Program-made: the position numbers and the translations under genes
In this document: positions 28,330-40,870 of the stretch, piece after piece
Position numbering within the stretch: position 1 is the stretch's first letter
How the letters are laid out: the number at the start of each line of letters is the position of its first letter
Assembly: GCF_006345805.1 (NCBI RefSeq)
Contig: NC_042999.1
Location: 92,132,001 to 92,196,000 of the forward strand
DNA from: Octopus sinensis
Lineage: Eukaryota
DNA length: 64,000 bases
Direction: 5' to 3'
Notes under the pieces: model-generated
What the model was told of the DNA's origin: nothing
The model's database searches: none
What the model saw: only the letters and a program-made list of their open reading frames with translations

Positions 28330-28733
28330 GTAAGGCACGACAAAATTATAACATCTTTAGAGAGACACGCAAGTATTAGTTGGGAATTTCTAAATACTTA
28401 AATTATTGTTTCAAATACCATTGACGCACTTAGATACAACTCGCAGTGCATTAGCTTGCAATAGTTGAACCACTACAATGTAGTATGATCTTATTTTGCA
28501 ACTATTTTTAGCAGATTGAGTAACTGCGTAGAAGTTCTTTCACTGGGTTTTATGAAGTTTTGTAAAAAGATTAAAAAAAGAAGAAGATAATCATATTTAG
28601 GAGACTTCATGGGAGAACGAATTATAAAAGTTAAAGCTGGTGATGTCACCGTTTTAAAGAATAGGTTAAATCTACAATTCAGAACATTGGATTGGATGAA
28701 TTGAGAGAACATTTGACAAAATATCTTGATATA

Positions 28734-29521
28734 CACTGAACCGAAAAGAAACGCGGTGACTATGAAATAGGTTTTAATGTCATTATGTCAGAGATAAATT
28801 TTGATAAATCTGATAAAGTGAATTCTTGGATGCACTTTGACCACAGTCTATGGGTCGTTGTCATATGTTCTGGTAGTGGGCAGATCCAGTACATCGAGAT
28901 TGAAGGGCATGACATGTTCAATACCGTATATTCCTTCCCTGGGTGTTCAAAACGGCCATACACGGAGTGCATGAGGCGGTTCACAAAAGCCACTGGCACC
29001 TGCCTCCAGTTCCACACGAGTTGTCAGCCTTTGGACCACCTGGTTCAGCTGTGTCCGGATTTCATCCCACAGGTAGTCAATTGGGTTCAAATCCGGGCTG
29101 AGAGCCAACTACGGCATGGCTCTGATGTTATGCTGACACAGGGAATCCATGGTGACCTTGGTCGTGTGGGAGGGAGCATTTTCCTGCTGTAACATGTGGC
29201 TATGATGACGTGCGAAGAAGGGCACGATGTGAAGTCATAGAATTTGGTCAACGTAGCGCTGCACTGTGATACCATTCCCTCTGCCTGCACCAACATTTCA
29301 GTTTTCCTGACAATTGTTTGCGATTTCCACCCACGGCATTCAACGCAGCTGCATTTTGGCGTCACGTTTCAGGGAAAGTTGAAAGATTACCGGCAATTTG
29401 GACCTCAGTCATAAACCAACATGTCTTGGAATATTTACACTTACAACCCCGAAATAAATTTTCAGTATTTACCATATAAATGTGACATTTGAAAAAATCG
29501 CGTTTCTTTTGCGGTTTAGTG
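28734..29521 (-). mobile_element. Internally deleted Tc1-like transposon
   Basis: TIRs CACT(G/A)AACCG(C)AAAAGAAACGCG flanked by TA. The minus strand encodes LQQENAPSH...ALSPDLNPIDYLWDEI (Tc1 catalytic region) with stops. Confidence 0.88.
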
Positions 29522-29809
29522 TATTTAGTTGCGACTTTTTATCCACTAACTTCTAATCCTAAGTAGACAAAGCCCAAATGAAACGAGTATGAGTTAAAAT
29601 AACTCAATACTATTTAAAAATCGTAGTATATATATTAGATAATGTGGATCTTTTCTGATTGATTTGCTGAGTCCGGCAGTTTTTATATTTTCTATACAGT
29701 ATAGTTGTGTATACTAATTACAAACATCGCAGTAATTATTTTCTTTTATGAAAAATGAATTAATATGTCTAACAACCTTTAAAGATTATTTTTTTTTTTT
29801 TTTGTAATC

Positions 29810-29880
29810 TTAGCCAATCAGACCCATCTGCTCTCTGTGAGGTCGTCTCGGTGTTATGGAAGGCGCCATGTTTTTTTTTC
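29810..29880. promoter_or_regulatory. Possible promoter: CCAAT box plus YY1-like motif
   Basis: AGCCAATCAG at about 29812-29821 and GGCGCCATGTTT at about 29863-29874 in a small GC-rich island. Motif match only. Confidence 0.25.
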
Positions 29881-30917
29881 ATTTTGCTTTCGAAACGTGG
29901 TTAAGAAAAATCACAACTTGTTTTTTTAGAAATTGATAATAAAACATTATAGAGAACATTAAAGTTGAACATATTTAATTAACGGAAACAAAAAAAAAGA
30001 AAAGAAATTAACTTTTGTAATGAAGTTTAGCTTCACACTACAAACTCTAATTCTTAATCCTTACCTCCAAATTGTAAACTCTAATCTCTTACATTAAATT
30101 CTAACTCTAATCTTAACCCCTAAATCCTAACACTATTTTCATTTTCCGATGACGAAAATAGAGGGTTTGAGTTGGTAAAGGTTACTAAAATATCAAGAAA
30201 GATGGAGATCTTTAAGTCAAACGGAAACGATCCGACAATGTTTGCAGAAAAGGTGCAACAGCATAATATTTTCGTTTCTCTTCTTTCATTTGATTTGCTT
30301 TTTATATAAGAGCTGACAAGGTTGGGATAGTGGGGGTGATAAATGTAATCAAAATCAACAAAAAGACAATGGTGGAGCTAAAATCAGCACCGCAAGCTAA
30401 CAAAACATCCGTTTATTCTACAATGTTCAACTCACTGCTTATGAATAATAATGAAATGTACCGTTCGAAAATTAAATATTTTTTCACCATGGATACAGTG
30501 CAATGTTGGTCACATTGTACAAACAGCGAATGCTCGCGTGTCATCAGACGCCATACTGATGCTGCTAGATTGTGACTCACGATAATTTATAACTTCTAAT
30601 AGTCTTAATCTGTTATGCTACATCTATTGTTTTGCAGTTCGGTCTTTTTCCTTAAAAAAATATTCTACTTTCTTCCACATATTACAATGATGCGTTAGAT
30701 CAACACAATGCCCGACTTCCTCTTTACAAATAATTTATATATATATATATATATATCTTTTTAGTTTTGTTTTGTTTTGTTTTTTTTTTATAAAATATTG
30801 TTATTTCTGTCAAGAGTACTTTCTCTGTATTATCGTTTCGTTTTACATTCAATATTCAAATTTCAAATCTATTGTTTTATTATCCAATCGAAATACTTCA
30901 TTACAAATTAGGACGCA

Positions 30918-30981
<64 letters not shown>

Positions 30982-31322
30982 ACACACATACATACATACA
31001 TACTGACAGACAAACAGAGTACACATATATACGCACGCTTTTAGAAAGGATGGCTATCTTATCTCGTTTTGCTCTAGCATGTTTTGGAAACTAAGTAATG
31101 AAATTACTACATCAGTGCTTTCTAATGTGGTACACTCCACCCATTACGCATAATATTTGCTTTCGAGATATTTTAATTCGCGTGTAGCGGAATACTTTAA
31201 ATGTTATGTCCATTCGTATGTGTTAAAATGTGTGTTTATGCATGTCAAACAAAATATAAATATATACACAAACCATATATGCATATATATTTACATATAT
31301 GCAGATAGACAGACAGACAGAC

Positions 31323-31406
<84 letters not shown>

Positions 31407-31489
31407 GATAGATTTAATCAAAATAAAAAAAAAAGGCAGACTAACATTTTTAATGATCAGTTACAATTGTTTCTGTATGAACTCTGTTT

Positions 31490-32338
31490 TCAATGCCAGT
31501 TCACGTAGAAGTTCCAAGTGAGAATTTACGTAATAATTGCAGCTTTCAAGATGATAGTGACACTTCCTCAGACCTGCATTATGGGGGAGCTCTTACATTG
31601 TGCGTCAGACAGACTTTATGTTTTGCATATATCTGCCAGAAATTTGGAAACGACATGCTGCACTGCTCGGTATTCGTGTCGGAAGCTCCATACGAACATT
31701 TCAGTTTGGGCGTCAATCTCAGGACATGTACCGAGAGTAATAAAAATCAAACATCCAGTCAACATCGTGGTGTTTGGAGTAATCACTAGTGATTGCGACA
31801 TTATGCCTCTATTCATCTTCCCACACGGCCTCAGACTCAACACGGAGGCCTACATCAAGTGCCTGGAGGAGGTAGTGCTGCTCTGGTTCAAGAGGGTGGC
31901 TGCTGGAAGACTCTGTATCTGGCAACAGGACTCTGCACAATGCCACACAAGCAGGAGAACCCAGTCGTTGCTGTCAGACAATTTCTGCGACAACATCACC
32001 CCTAACATCTAGCCACCTAACACCCCAGACTGCAACCCCCTTGATTATTATGTGTGTGTCGCAGTTGAGCGAGAGACCAACAAAACTCCTTGTAACGCCA
32101 AAAATGAATTGAAAGCAAGGATTATGTTAGCATAAGGGGACCGTCCAGAAGAGACACAGGAGATTCCAAAGTTGTCTGGAGGCTGTGGTTGAAGCTAATT
32201 GTGATTTTATTGAAGAAATTTACTCTTTAGCATTTCGAGAAATTTTTATGTAATTTCGGTAAACATATCTTAAAATGAGATTTCAGAGTTATTTTCATTT
32301 TTGTGTAATGTAGACGACATTTTATTCACCGCACCTTG
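31490..32338 (+). mobile_element. Tc1/mariner DD37D (maT-like) transposon, 5'-truncated, decayed
   Basis: VVFGVITSD..WQQDSA..(W)PPNTPDCNPLDY, with 37 residues between the second and third catalytic Asp. The right end CACCGCACCTTG is followed by TA. Confidence 0.85.
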
Positions 32339-32484
32339 TATATGAAAAGAAAGAAATGCCTGCACGTCCGACAAATTACGAGTATATACTTACAAGCATA
32401 CGTTTATATGCGCACACATATGTAATTGAATGCATGCGCGCGTGTGTGTGTATATGCATATATGTAAGTATATATTAATATATA

Positions 32485-32809
32485 CAACAAAACAGGAGGC
32501 TGGAAAAGTTTTTGGTATTATTTTTGCACTATCACATGTTTCATCAGCTTATAAGTATCAGAAAGTTGTACATTTTGGAAAAATATGTAAGAAATCTCCT
32601 ATTAGTAATTCTTCAAACAAGAATGCTTATAGAAGTCAGACAGAAACAAATAATGCATTAATTGGGAGTGTCTGTCTGAAGAATTTCTAATAGGAAATTT
32701 GTTACATATTTTTCCAAAATGTACAACTTTGTGACTCCTACTAGCAGATGAAACATATGTGATGCTGAAAAAATAATACCAAAATATTTTCCAGCTTCTT
32801 GTTTTGTTA
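32485..32809. mobile_element. MITE with ~137-bp imperfect TIRs, TA flanks
   Basis: CAACAAAACAGGAGGCTGGAAAA... pairs with ...TTTTCCAGCTTCTTGTTTTGTTA. Internal matches include AAAGTTGTACATTTTGGAAAAATATGTAA / TTACATATTTTTCCAAAATGTACAACTTT. Confidence 0.85.
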
Positions 32810-34216
32810 TAATAACTCTGCAAGCATTATTATTTTAGTGACTTATTTCTTTATTTGATTAAGCGCTTAATCTTTTGAACAATGTGCTCAAATTCCTGTG
32901 ATGCATCGGTAGGAACTGGAATCCACAAAATCAAAGCAAACCCTCAATTACTTCGGATGATTTCGCGGTGCTTCATTTTCACATTTACAATTAAATATCA
33001 CAAATGCATTTAAGTTTGATACACAATGACTCTTACTGAAATGTAAAAATAATGAATGAAAATGAAATGAAGTACAATATAGCTATTGAAATATATTGCG
33101 TAACATATGTGTAGTTATGTAACTTGGTTTTTGATAGCTGAAAGTGGAAGACGAAACAATAATTATTGCCCTATATCTCTATATATAAAACTGAAATGCG
33201 TTTGGACCGCTTGGATCGCTTTCAAAGCCACTACATCCCGTCGGATTCACTCCAAAATTTACAGGGACATGTAAAATGAGGTGACGATGCCCGTGGGCTA
33301 CCTTAGAAATCCATATCTTAAAAGGTGTCGTTGCTAGGGCCAAAAACCCACTTTGACAAGTCCACTCCCATTCTTTAATGTATCTGTCTTCCTCAACTCA
33401 CTCACACTATTTCCTCCCTTACCAGCACTTTTTCATTTCTCTATTTCCTACCTTCCTATCACTTTCACTTCGTCAAACGGCGTGCTTTTATGTATCTGTC
33501 TGCATTCATAGAGAGAATTATCATCGCCACCCCCAACACATAATCATGACAACAAATATTATGAATCTCGCCATCGCATTCTATTGTCTGCCTGTCAACG
33601 GGCCGATCGAGCAAATACAAACAGAACACACCAACCAGCGTTCGTGTTCTGGTGATAACGTAGGTTTTTCGTATCTATTACATTTTAACATTTATTTAGA
33701 ACCCTGCAAATTTTTCGTGCTAAATTTTCATTTTTTACTACTTTATTATTTTTTCTTAAATTGATGCTTTTATTAAAATTAATTCTAATTGTCTGGGTCA
33801 ACAGTTCGTTTCCTCGGAGGATATGGAAATTCCTATTACCCGTCAGAGAAATAACTCCAGCAGCTCACAACTATTTCAACAAGGACAAGGTTACCTGCTT
33901 ACCAGTCGAATTCAGCGTCAATGCTCACGTATGAGAGAGACTCCAACACACACACACATATACATATATATATATATATAATGTGTGCATTATGTGGTCG
34001 GTTGAGCTGAAAATATGCAGACCTATGTTAAAAGTGCTGGCAAGTTTGCATGACAACTATTTTTTTTCCTCAAATGAAACGCGTGACCTCTAGGACAAAA
34101 TTCCTCATCTTATAAAATGTGGCCCCAGTAGACCCGAATGAAATCGAGTTATATTAACCAAAATGTGAAAAGGGGTCTAAATGGGGCTGGAAGGGGATTA
34201 AAATTTAAAGGAGCGG

Positions 34217-34500
34217 GTGTTTAGGAATTTTCTGTTACATCAAGCTAAAAAATTTGCGCCAGCCTTTTAATCGTCAATGTGTTGCCGTCCATGATGAAGA
34301 AGTTTTGAATGCTTGCCATGGTGAGTATACTGTCGTGAGAAAGAATCACTTCAAAACTTGGTGTTTAGGGATTTTCTTTTACATCAAGTTCAAAATTTTA
34401 CGCCAGCCGTTAAACTGTCAAAACGTTGCTGTCCGTCGTTAAGAAATGCCAGCCATGGTGACACTACTATCCTCACATTCTATCCCTTCAAACTTTGGTT
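34217..34500. repeat. Diverged tandem duplication (~146-bp unit)
   Basis: GGTGTTTAGG(A/G)ATTTTCT(G/T)TTACATCAAG...CGCCAGCC...GCCATGGTGA...TTCAAA(A)CTT occurs at about 34217 and 34363. Confidence 0.75.
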
Positions 34501-34792
34501 TCCAATATTTTATCATTTTTATTCAGCTCACAAGTTCGTCTGTCCCTTTTAAATGTTAGTGTTTTGCTGTCTGCCTTGAAGCAGACCTTTCCGTTGTTAC
34601 TGCCTGATATTTATGATTGATCTTTCTAAATATTTTATTTCTCAACTTACTCAAGATCTTTTGTTGTTTATAAATGGGAGAGAGACAGATAAAGATAGAG
34701 AGTAAGAGAAAGCGAGGGAGAGTCCGAGAGAAAGGAAGAGTAAGAGAGTGGGGAAAGTGAGAGAGAAAGGAGAGAGAAACAATGAAGGAGAA

Positions 34793-35110
34793 TCATCATC
34801 ATCATCATCCTCATCGTTTAACGCCCGTTTTCCGTGCTAGCACGGGTTGGACAGTTTGACCGGGGTCTGGGAAGCCAGGAGGCTGCACCAGGCTCCAGTC
34901 TGATCTGGAAGTGTTTCTACAGGTGAATGCCCTTCCTAACGCCAACCACTCTGTGAGCGTACTGGGTGCTTTTTTCGTGCCGCCTGCACAGGTGCCAGGG
35001 GGGCTGGCAGCGGCCACGATCGGTTGGTGCTTTTTACGTGCCACCGGCACAGAAGCCAGTCAAGGCGGCGCTACAATCGGCCACGTTCGGATGGTGCTTT
35101 TTACGTGCTG
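34793..35110 (-). mobile_element. RTE-type 3' UTR fragment with (GAT)n tail
   Basis: Minus strand ends GGCGTTAGGAAGGGCATT...AAAACGGGCGTTAAACGATGAGGATGATGATG. Same family as 58135-58980. Contains repeated GGTGCTTTTTACGTGCC units. Confidence 0.75.
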
Positions 35111-36039
35111 AAAGGAAGCAACAGAAAGTAACAACCACACTCTTACCCGCGCGTAGAGCGGGTCACCTTCAGCTAGTCATATTATATTAATATATTCTTG
35201 TCACGATCTGATCCTCTCTGTTGTTGAATAAGCAAATATATATACTGCATTTGATGGCATAAAAGACGTACGGATATATTAGATATATCTCTATTTCAGC
35301 AGCACATATTCAGGGGGGGGGGATTAATGCATTAAAACTTATGGGAGACCCAAGACCCGGAGTGATTTTTTTTCTCCTCTTTCTGTTTTATTTTTTCTAT
35401 GGAAAAGAAATGTACGTTTTATATGCCATCAAATTCGCTAATTACTTCAAGAACATTTTCACAGCACACCCACCTATATAACACCTGCATGCAATTAACA
35501 TCGACTAACACCTTACTGTTCATTATATGTTACATTGGGTAATTTAAGCTGATCTTTCGTTTTATTTTGAGGGTATTATATTTTTCCCTTGTTAATATTA
35601 CCAAGAAAAAAACTTACAGATTTTTCTGATTAAAAATAAACGGTATTACGAAGAAATAATCTGGATGAAGCGGAAAAAGAAGGAAGAAAGTTGTTAATCA
35701 AGAAAAATAAACATCAAATTATCAGATAATGGGCGCCTATACTTCATGCAGAAAACGCGTGATGTTCGCCGCACCAGAAATGGGATTCGATGAACAGGTT
35801 CTACCTGCCTTCAACACGACAGAGACGGTATCCATACCGTTAGGTTTGCACTTCAAGTACAAACATTTAAAGACTTTTGACCTTGAGGCAAGTGATAGAA
35901 TCTTGGCTATTGCTGCTGTATAAGTATCCAGGTATTATTGCTGCCAAGTATCCAGGTATTATCTTCTCAGTAAACTAGTCCATTTTTTACATTTTATGCT
36001 TCTAATAAATTGAATTTACAATGCTCTGCAGGGAGAGAT

Positions 36040-37455
36040 CAGTATCATATCTTATTTCATACAGTTCCTCATATTATTGATTTCATGGGCACAAACTTAG
36101 GCAAGATAGTACTGGTCTTTTTTCTTTGCTGCAGATGTTATTTCAGTGCCATATGACATCAGTACAGTTTTGAGACCAGGACCACCAACCTTGCGTAGGA
36201 AGTATAGCCTGTCTACATCTCCATTGATGTTGAAGTTTCTTGTAACGCTGAGAAGCTTGCGAGTTCGAACATTTGTTTCATTGGACTCTAGTAGTGAAAA
36301 GCTCAGGAGGCCAAACGTAGGGGTGGGGACAGTCATTGCAAAGCTCTTGTGAGCAATATGCTTGTTATAAGCTGAGAGTTCTGATGACCATATTCTCTTT
36401 ACACTCCTGAAGTATTCATTCCTGATCCACTCTTTCTTTATGGATCCATCACATCTAACATTCTCATCTTGTCCATGATACCAATAACTGTCACCTGACT
36501 GTAGAGATAATATTACCAGGCCGTTTATTTTTAGGTTTTCAGAGGAGGGTACAACTTTTTAACGTTTTATGGTCAAAAATGTACATTTTGACTCATCAAA
36601 TGTCATTCCAGTCTCTATAGAAAATTGGGTAGTGAAGTCCAATTGCTTTTTAAATGCTTGATTTTTGGTTCATACATTTTCAGGTCGCCGACTAATAAAA
36701 GATGGGATATACTCTGGATCCATTTATATGGCCTCTATACTTTGTGAACAGATAGGATAATAGGTTTAATAAGCGGATGAAGATAAACACAGGCTATCAC
36801 CCTGAAAATGCCTTTTACGTAGTGAATGCTATCCGGTTCAGTTTGCTCTTTATCACTCCTAAGGAGCAAAGTGATGTATCAAGTCTTGGCCAGGAGTTCA
36901 ATAGCACACACTAGTGGTTGCCGGACTTTGGTTAACTGGCTTACTAGTCCAACCATAATACAGTTAAGTTCCTGTGATTTTTACTGTTTTACCTAGATCC
37001 TTTTGTTAATTAGTAGTTACTGTATGCAGTCCCACACCTCCTTCTTTCCTCTAGTTTGCTCAGGTGTTATAATGCTGCTGCTGGTACAAATTGAGGTACT
37101 CAGTGTAAAATTTGTACAGGATGTTCTGGCAGGCTGTTGGACGGTAATTTTTAGCAAGGGTGTTTTGGCTATTCTTGGAAATGAAGAGAATAGTTGCAGT
37201 TGGTTGCCATTCAGGCAGTTCTTATATGCCCTTGATACTTTCTCCATGCAACTGTATAAGATCTCGCCAATAAAAATTGAAATTCTTCGGCCACTAGCCT
37301 GTTATGAGCTCTGGGTCTGGGGATTTCTTTTTAGATATTTTCTTTAGCACCGTTTCCAGTATTTCGGCTTCTTTTCATATTGCTCTTGCTGTACATGTTG
37401 TGTACTACTCCTGCTTCAGTTCTTTTAGCCATACAACTTCTTTATTGAATACATC
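36040..37455 (-). mobile_element. R4/Dong-like non-LTR retrotransposon RT fragment, decayed
   Basis: KNYRPTACQNILYKFYT, EQTRGKKEVWDCIQ.LLINK, GIF(Q)GDSL and DRLYFLRKVGGPGL motifs across frameshifts. Confidence 0.8.
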
Positions 37456-37485
37456 AACTTGTATGTATGTATGTATGTATGTATA

Positions 37486-37543
<58 letters not shown>

Positions 37544-38385
37544 CATACACACATATATATATATGTATGCATGAATTATCTATGTATGCATATATTACGT
37601 ATATATGTATGCATATAAATGTTCGTATGTATGAATGTATACTAAATGCATAGATGTGTTCATTTGTGATCAAAAAATTGTTTTTACAGTTTAGGGAAAG
37701 TTTAAGTGTAAAAATAAAAGAATAGTTTTAAACTGTTTTATAGTTTTCTCATTGTTTCGACCGAACACAAACAATCCGTATCTGAACAAGGTGAAAAGAG
37801 CCATGAAATTAAATCTGAGTATTTCTATAGAGCTGTAATCGGCCAAGTAAATGTACGTGACCCGCTTAAGGCAATAAATATTCGTGATATATTGCGGAAG
37901 ATACGTAGTTCGTTGGCCAATAACCTTCAATTATAACCATGTTTTAATTGTTAGGATTTTGTTTTTTAATATAATCAAAACTTAAATGAAGCTCAAGGCG
38001 CTTGCAGTTGAAACATGAACGAAAATCTTTTCAAGAAATTGCAATTATTTCCATAGTTTTTTCAAGCTCTTCAATAATTGTTGAACGTATTAAACTGGTT
38101 CAGGGCAATAAGGAAAAAAAATTAAAAAATATAAACAAGATTAAATTATTAGTTTTGTTAAATTATTTAGTTATAAAAATATTTCGTTCCTGGATCTTCG
38201 ATCGGAATATATTTTTCTGCTTTGCTGTATAGATTTTTATTTTAGACTAGGGCCATTCAGTTCACTCTCACAGAGGTTGTCATTAGTAAAGGCATAATGG
38301 TAACTTCATGTCACTCCAGTCCCTTCCTCAGAAAAGGTAAGTTTTGTGAATAATCAAAAAGAAATCAATAATTATTTTATGTAGC

Positions 38386-38605
38386 AAGGCGAAGAATTAG
38401 CAGAATCGTTCGCGCACCGGGCAAAAGGCTTAGCGGCATTTCGTCTGTCTTTGCGTTTTGAGTTCAAATTCATCTGAGGGAGACTTTGCCTTTTATTCTT
38501 TCGGGTTCAATAAAATAAGTACCAGTCGAGCACTGGGGTCAATGTAATCGACTTATTCCCTAAACATAAATTGCTGGCCTTGTGCCAAACTTTGAAACCA
38601 ATATT
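38386..38605 (+). mobile_element. tRNA-derived SINE (GGCGGCGAGCTGG family)
   Basis: AAGGCGAAGAATTAGCAGAATCG head, GACTTTGCCTTTTATTCTTTCGGG core, CCTTGTGCCAAACTTTGAAACC tail. Confidence 0.82.
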
Positions 38606-38814
38606 TATTTTGTGTGGTAAAGAGCGATGTAGTTTCAATGTTTCCGTATGCCGAGAACAGTACCAATGTCAACGGTTCTTATCTCACTCTTTCCGTTCAA
38701 GTGGAATGTCGTAATATTCTGTCACTTATACGCCATGGAAACTAAGTAACCGGCCCTATGAGTCCTAGGAAGCGTGACAGCAATGTCCAGAGGTTAACAA
38801 CAACAACAACAACA

Positions 38815-38845
<31 letters not shown>

Positions 38846-39062
38846 AATAATAATAATAATAATAATAATAATGCCGCTGCACCTTGACAAACATTCATCT
38901 ATTTTCTATTGGTGATTGGAATTTAGTTTCGACTTTTAGATGAAGCTATTTTCGATCGTAACCAAAGCCTTTTTTTACCTTCTTCCCGCCCCCTATAATT
39001 TTCCAGTTATTAATAAGAAATTCTACAAGTGAATAAGCATGTGAAAAGACCACCAGACTTAC

Positions 39063-39121
39063 TTTAATGCTTCCACTGTCCAGTTCCAAATCTATATCCA
39101 TTGATCTGAGATCAAATCCCA
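39063..39121 (-). CDS. Candidate internal exon (xGFDLRSMDIDLELDSGSIK), gene unknown
   Basis: Acceptor TTTTATCCTGTAG| and donor |GTAAGT on the minus strand. 59 nt, open in phase 1 to 0, in unique sequence. Confidence 0.3.
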
Positions 39122-39223
39122 CTACAGGATAAAACAGTCAATAACTAGTTTAAATCAGGTAACTATACTCTAAACCCAAGAAACATTCAGCGAAAGTAAA
39201 AGAGCAAATATTCATTGTTTAGC

Positions 39224-39245
39224 ATGTCAGGAAACAAAGCAGAAG
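39224..39245 (+). CDS. Candidate start-codon micro-exon (MSGNKAE), gene unknown
   Basis: TTGTTTAG|C-ATG...GAAG|GTAAGT with a consensus donor. Confidence 0.25.
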
Positions 39246-39385
39246 GTAAGTTCCCATCATCCTAAGAACTAAACCGACTTCTTATTCCTGTTTACTAATA
39301 ATCGTGCGAAAATTTATCAACAACTATTGCTCCCTTCAGATAACAAAACTCAGCATTTTTGCTCAATTGTTCTGTATTGTACAAA

Positions 39386-39592
39386 CAAGGGGTGCTGAAA
39401 AGTTCCAGGCTCTAAGGGTTTCGCGATAAGCCTAATTGGAGGCCCAACCTTCCGAGTTCTTTAACAGAGCTTAGAAAAACTAAAGGACTGCTGCAATAGG
39501 TGTGAATCTGAGAGGGGAATATGTTGAATAAAATTAACTGATCCACCTGTATTTTCTTTTACCTAAAGCCGGGAACTTTTCAGTACCCGTCG
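39386..39592 (+). mobile_element. Mariner-derived deletion derivative/MITE
   Basis: TIRs CAAGGGGTGCTGAAAAGTTCCAGGC / GCCGGGAACTTTTCAGTACCCGTCG|TA. An internal remnant resembles the mariner C-terminal GEYVE*. Confidence 0.75.
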
Positions 39593-39699
39593 TATGTCAC
39601 TGTAAATTATCAATTCTCAATGAACACCCTAATCCTCATTCTCATCCCACAATGTAGATTTATCTGTAGTTGTGGGATGGTTAATTGCAATTAATGCTG

Positions 39700-40480
39700 T
39701 CTGTTGTTAGTTGAAAGATGACGGACAGTTAATTTGGTGAATGCTGGTTTAAACTGATTATTTGAGAATCAAAAGTGTACATCTATGTTCGAGATGATAT
39801 GAGAGCGTTATGTGTTCTATGTAGAAGGTTCTATGTATGCTATGAGAAAATGTGGGTGGGTCGTGTAGGTCATGTTAAATATACAGGATACTAGAAGGCA
39901 CACTTAATTACTCCATTCGCGACATAGTGTATTGTAGGTATGTTGATGCTTATAATATATTGTCTTAGCGACATTAGAAGTAGTTTGCTACCCAGTATTC
40001 TGGGGTTTTATCGTTGAACCCCATGTCAGCAAGCAAAATTATGATCAAAAGTATTTTACTCGTCTTTTTTTGTAGGCATTGCGTATTTTAGACTACATTA
40101 ACCAATGAGACCTTACCATTTTTAAGACAGGAGGCTGTAATTTGGTTGGATTTAATTTAAGTAGCATTTTACTGCTATTTCTAGCAGGTAACTACACAGA
40201 GGCTCCTTTAGGTGAGGTGAGTGTTTGTGGTATAAATGGGCAACGGGGTTTAGAGGCAAAACTTTTGCAGATGTCAATAGTCTTTAAAATAATATATGTG
40301 TGTGAAGGAGACAAAAACCGTTGTATCTACAAAACTGTAAATAGCATGGTAGTCAGTGTAGCAGCATGAATCTCTGTAGAAATTTCAAGATAGAAAAGTG
40401 TTGGGTAACGATATCAAGGATGATTATTTCTAAAGCTCTTGAGGGGTGAATATAAGAGGGAATGGTATATATGATGCAAC
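39700..40480 (-). mobile_element. Heavily decayed LINE RT C-terminal fragment (Jockey/I-like)
   Basis: Minus-strand LKLNPTK (W.IKLNP.K-like) and RVKYF (VKYLG-like) remnants among many stops. Confidence 0.35.
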
Positions 40481-40559
40481 ATCTCTTAGATTTGCTGAAC
40501 TTAAAACTTCTTATAATTTTTTACACATCTTGCTGATTTCTATATCCAGGCCTTTATTA

Positions 40560-40870
40560 TTAGCCATCTTTTCTGTGACTTTCGTGAAGGTGTTTCTTCC
40601 ATGTGTAACATGATGATCGAAATAATACCAATGGTTATTGAAGCTATGGGACTCGTGAAGAAGGACATGGAAATGTTCATCACCCGTATCACAGACGGCG
40701 CGAATAGGTACGCAGTTAAGAAGATCGTACAACTTGGATTAGATCACATACTACAGAGAGTGTTGTTATCAAGTGGCATCCTCCCTATGACATCTCATGC
40801 CCTGCAGGATACTAAAGCCCTACAGGATACTAAAGCAGGAAGTACAAAAGGAATAATAATAATTATAGTT
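40560..40870 (+). mobile_element. R4/Dong-like element 3' end (RLE C-terminus) with (AAT)n tail
   Basis: IIPMVIEAMGLVKK...VKKIVQLGLDHILQRVL matches the IPVVVGALG...QKIVLLGTAHILRKVL signature. An 18-bp tandem repeat and an AAT tail follow. Confidence 0.7.

Larger units (their letters stand above)
33176..35176 (+). mobile_element. Putative non-autonomous Helitron (~2.0 kb)
   Basis: 5' end A|TCTCTATATATAAAACTGAAATG. 3' hairpin ACCCGC-GCGTAGA-GCGGGT (35145-35163), then CTAG|T about 10 nt later. Insertion between A and T without TSD. That both ends belong to one element is inferred. Confidence 0.6.

Noticed and set aside
30020-30135. Degenerate CTAA(C/T)-rich tract resembling telomeric repeat
   Set aside because: No run of exact TTAGGG units. 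Such tracts are common inside small interspersed repeats.
35708-35923. 64-aa ORF, or an exon DNGRLYFMQK.. that would splice in frame to the 28281 exon
   Set aside because: Weak acceptor and no recognisable product; the pairing is speculative.
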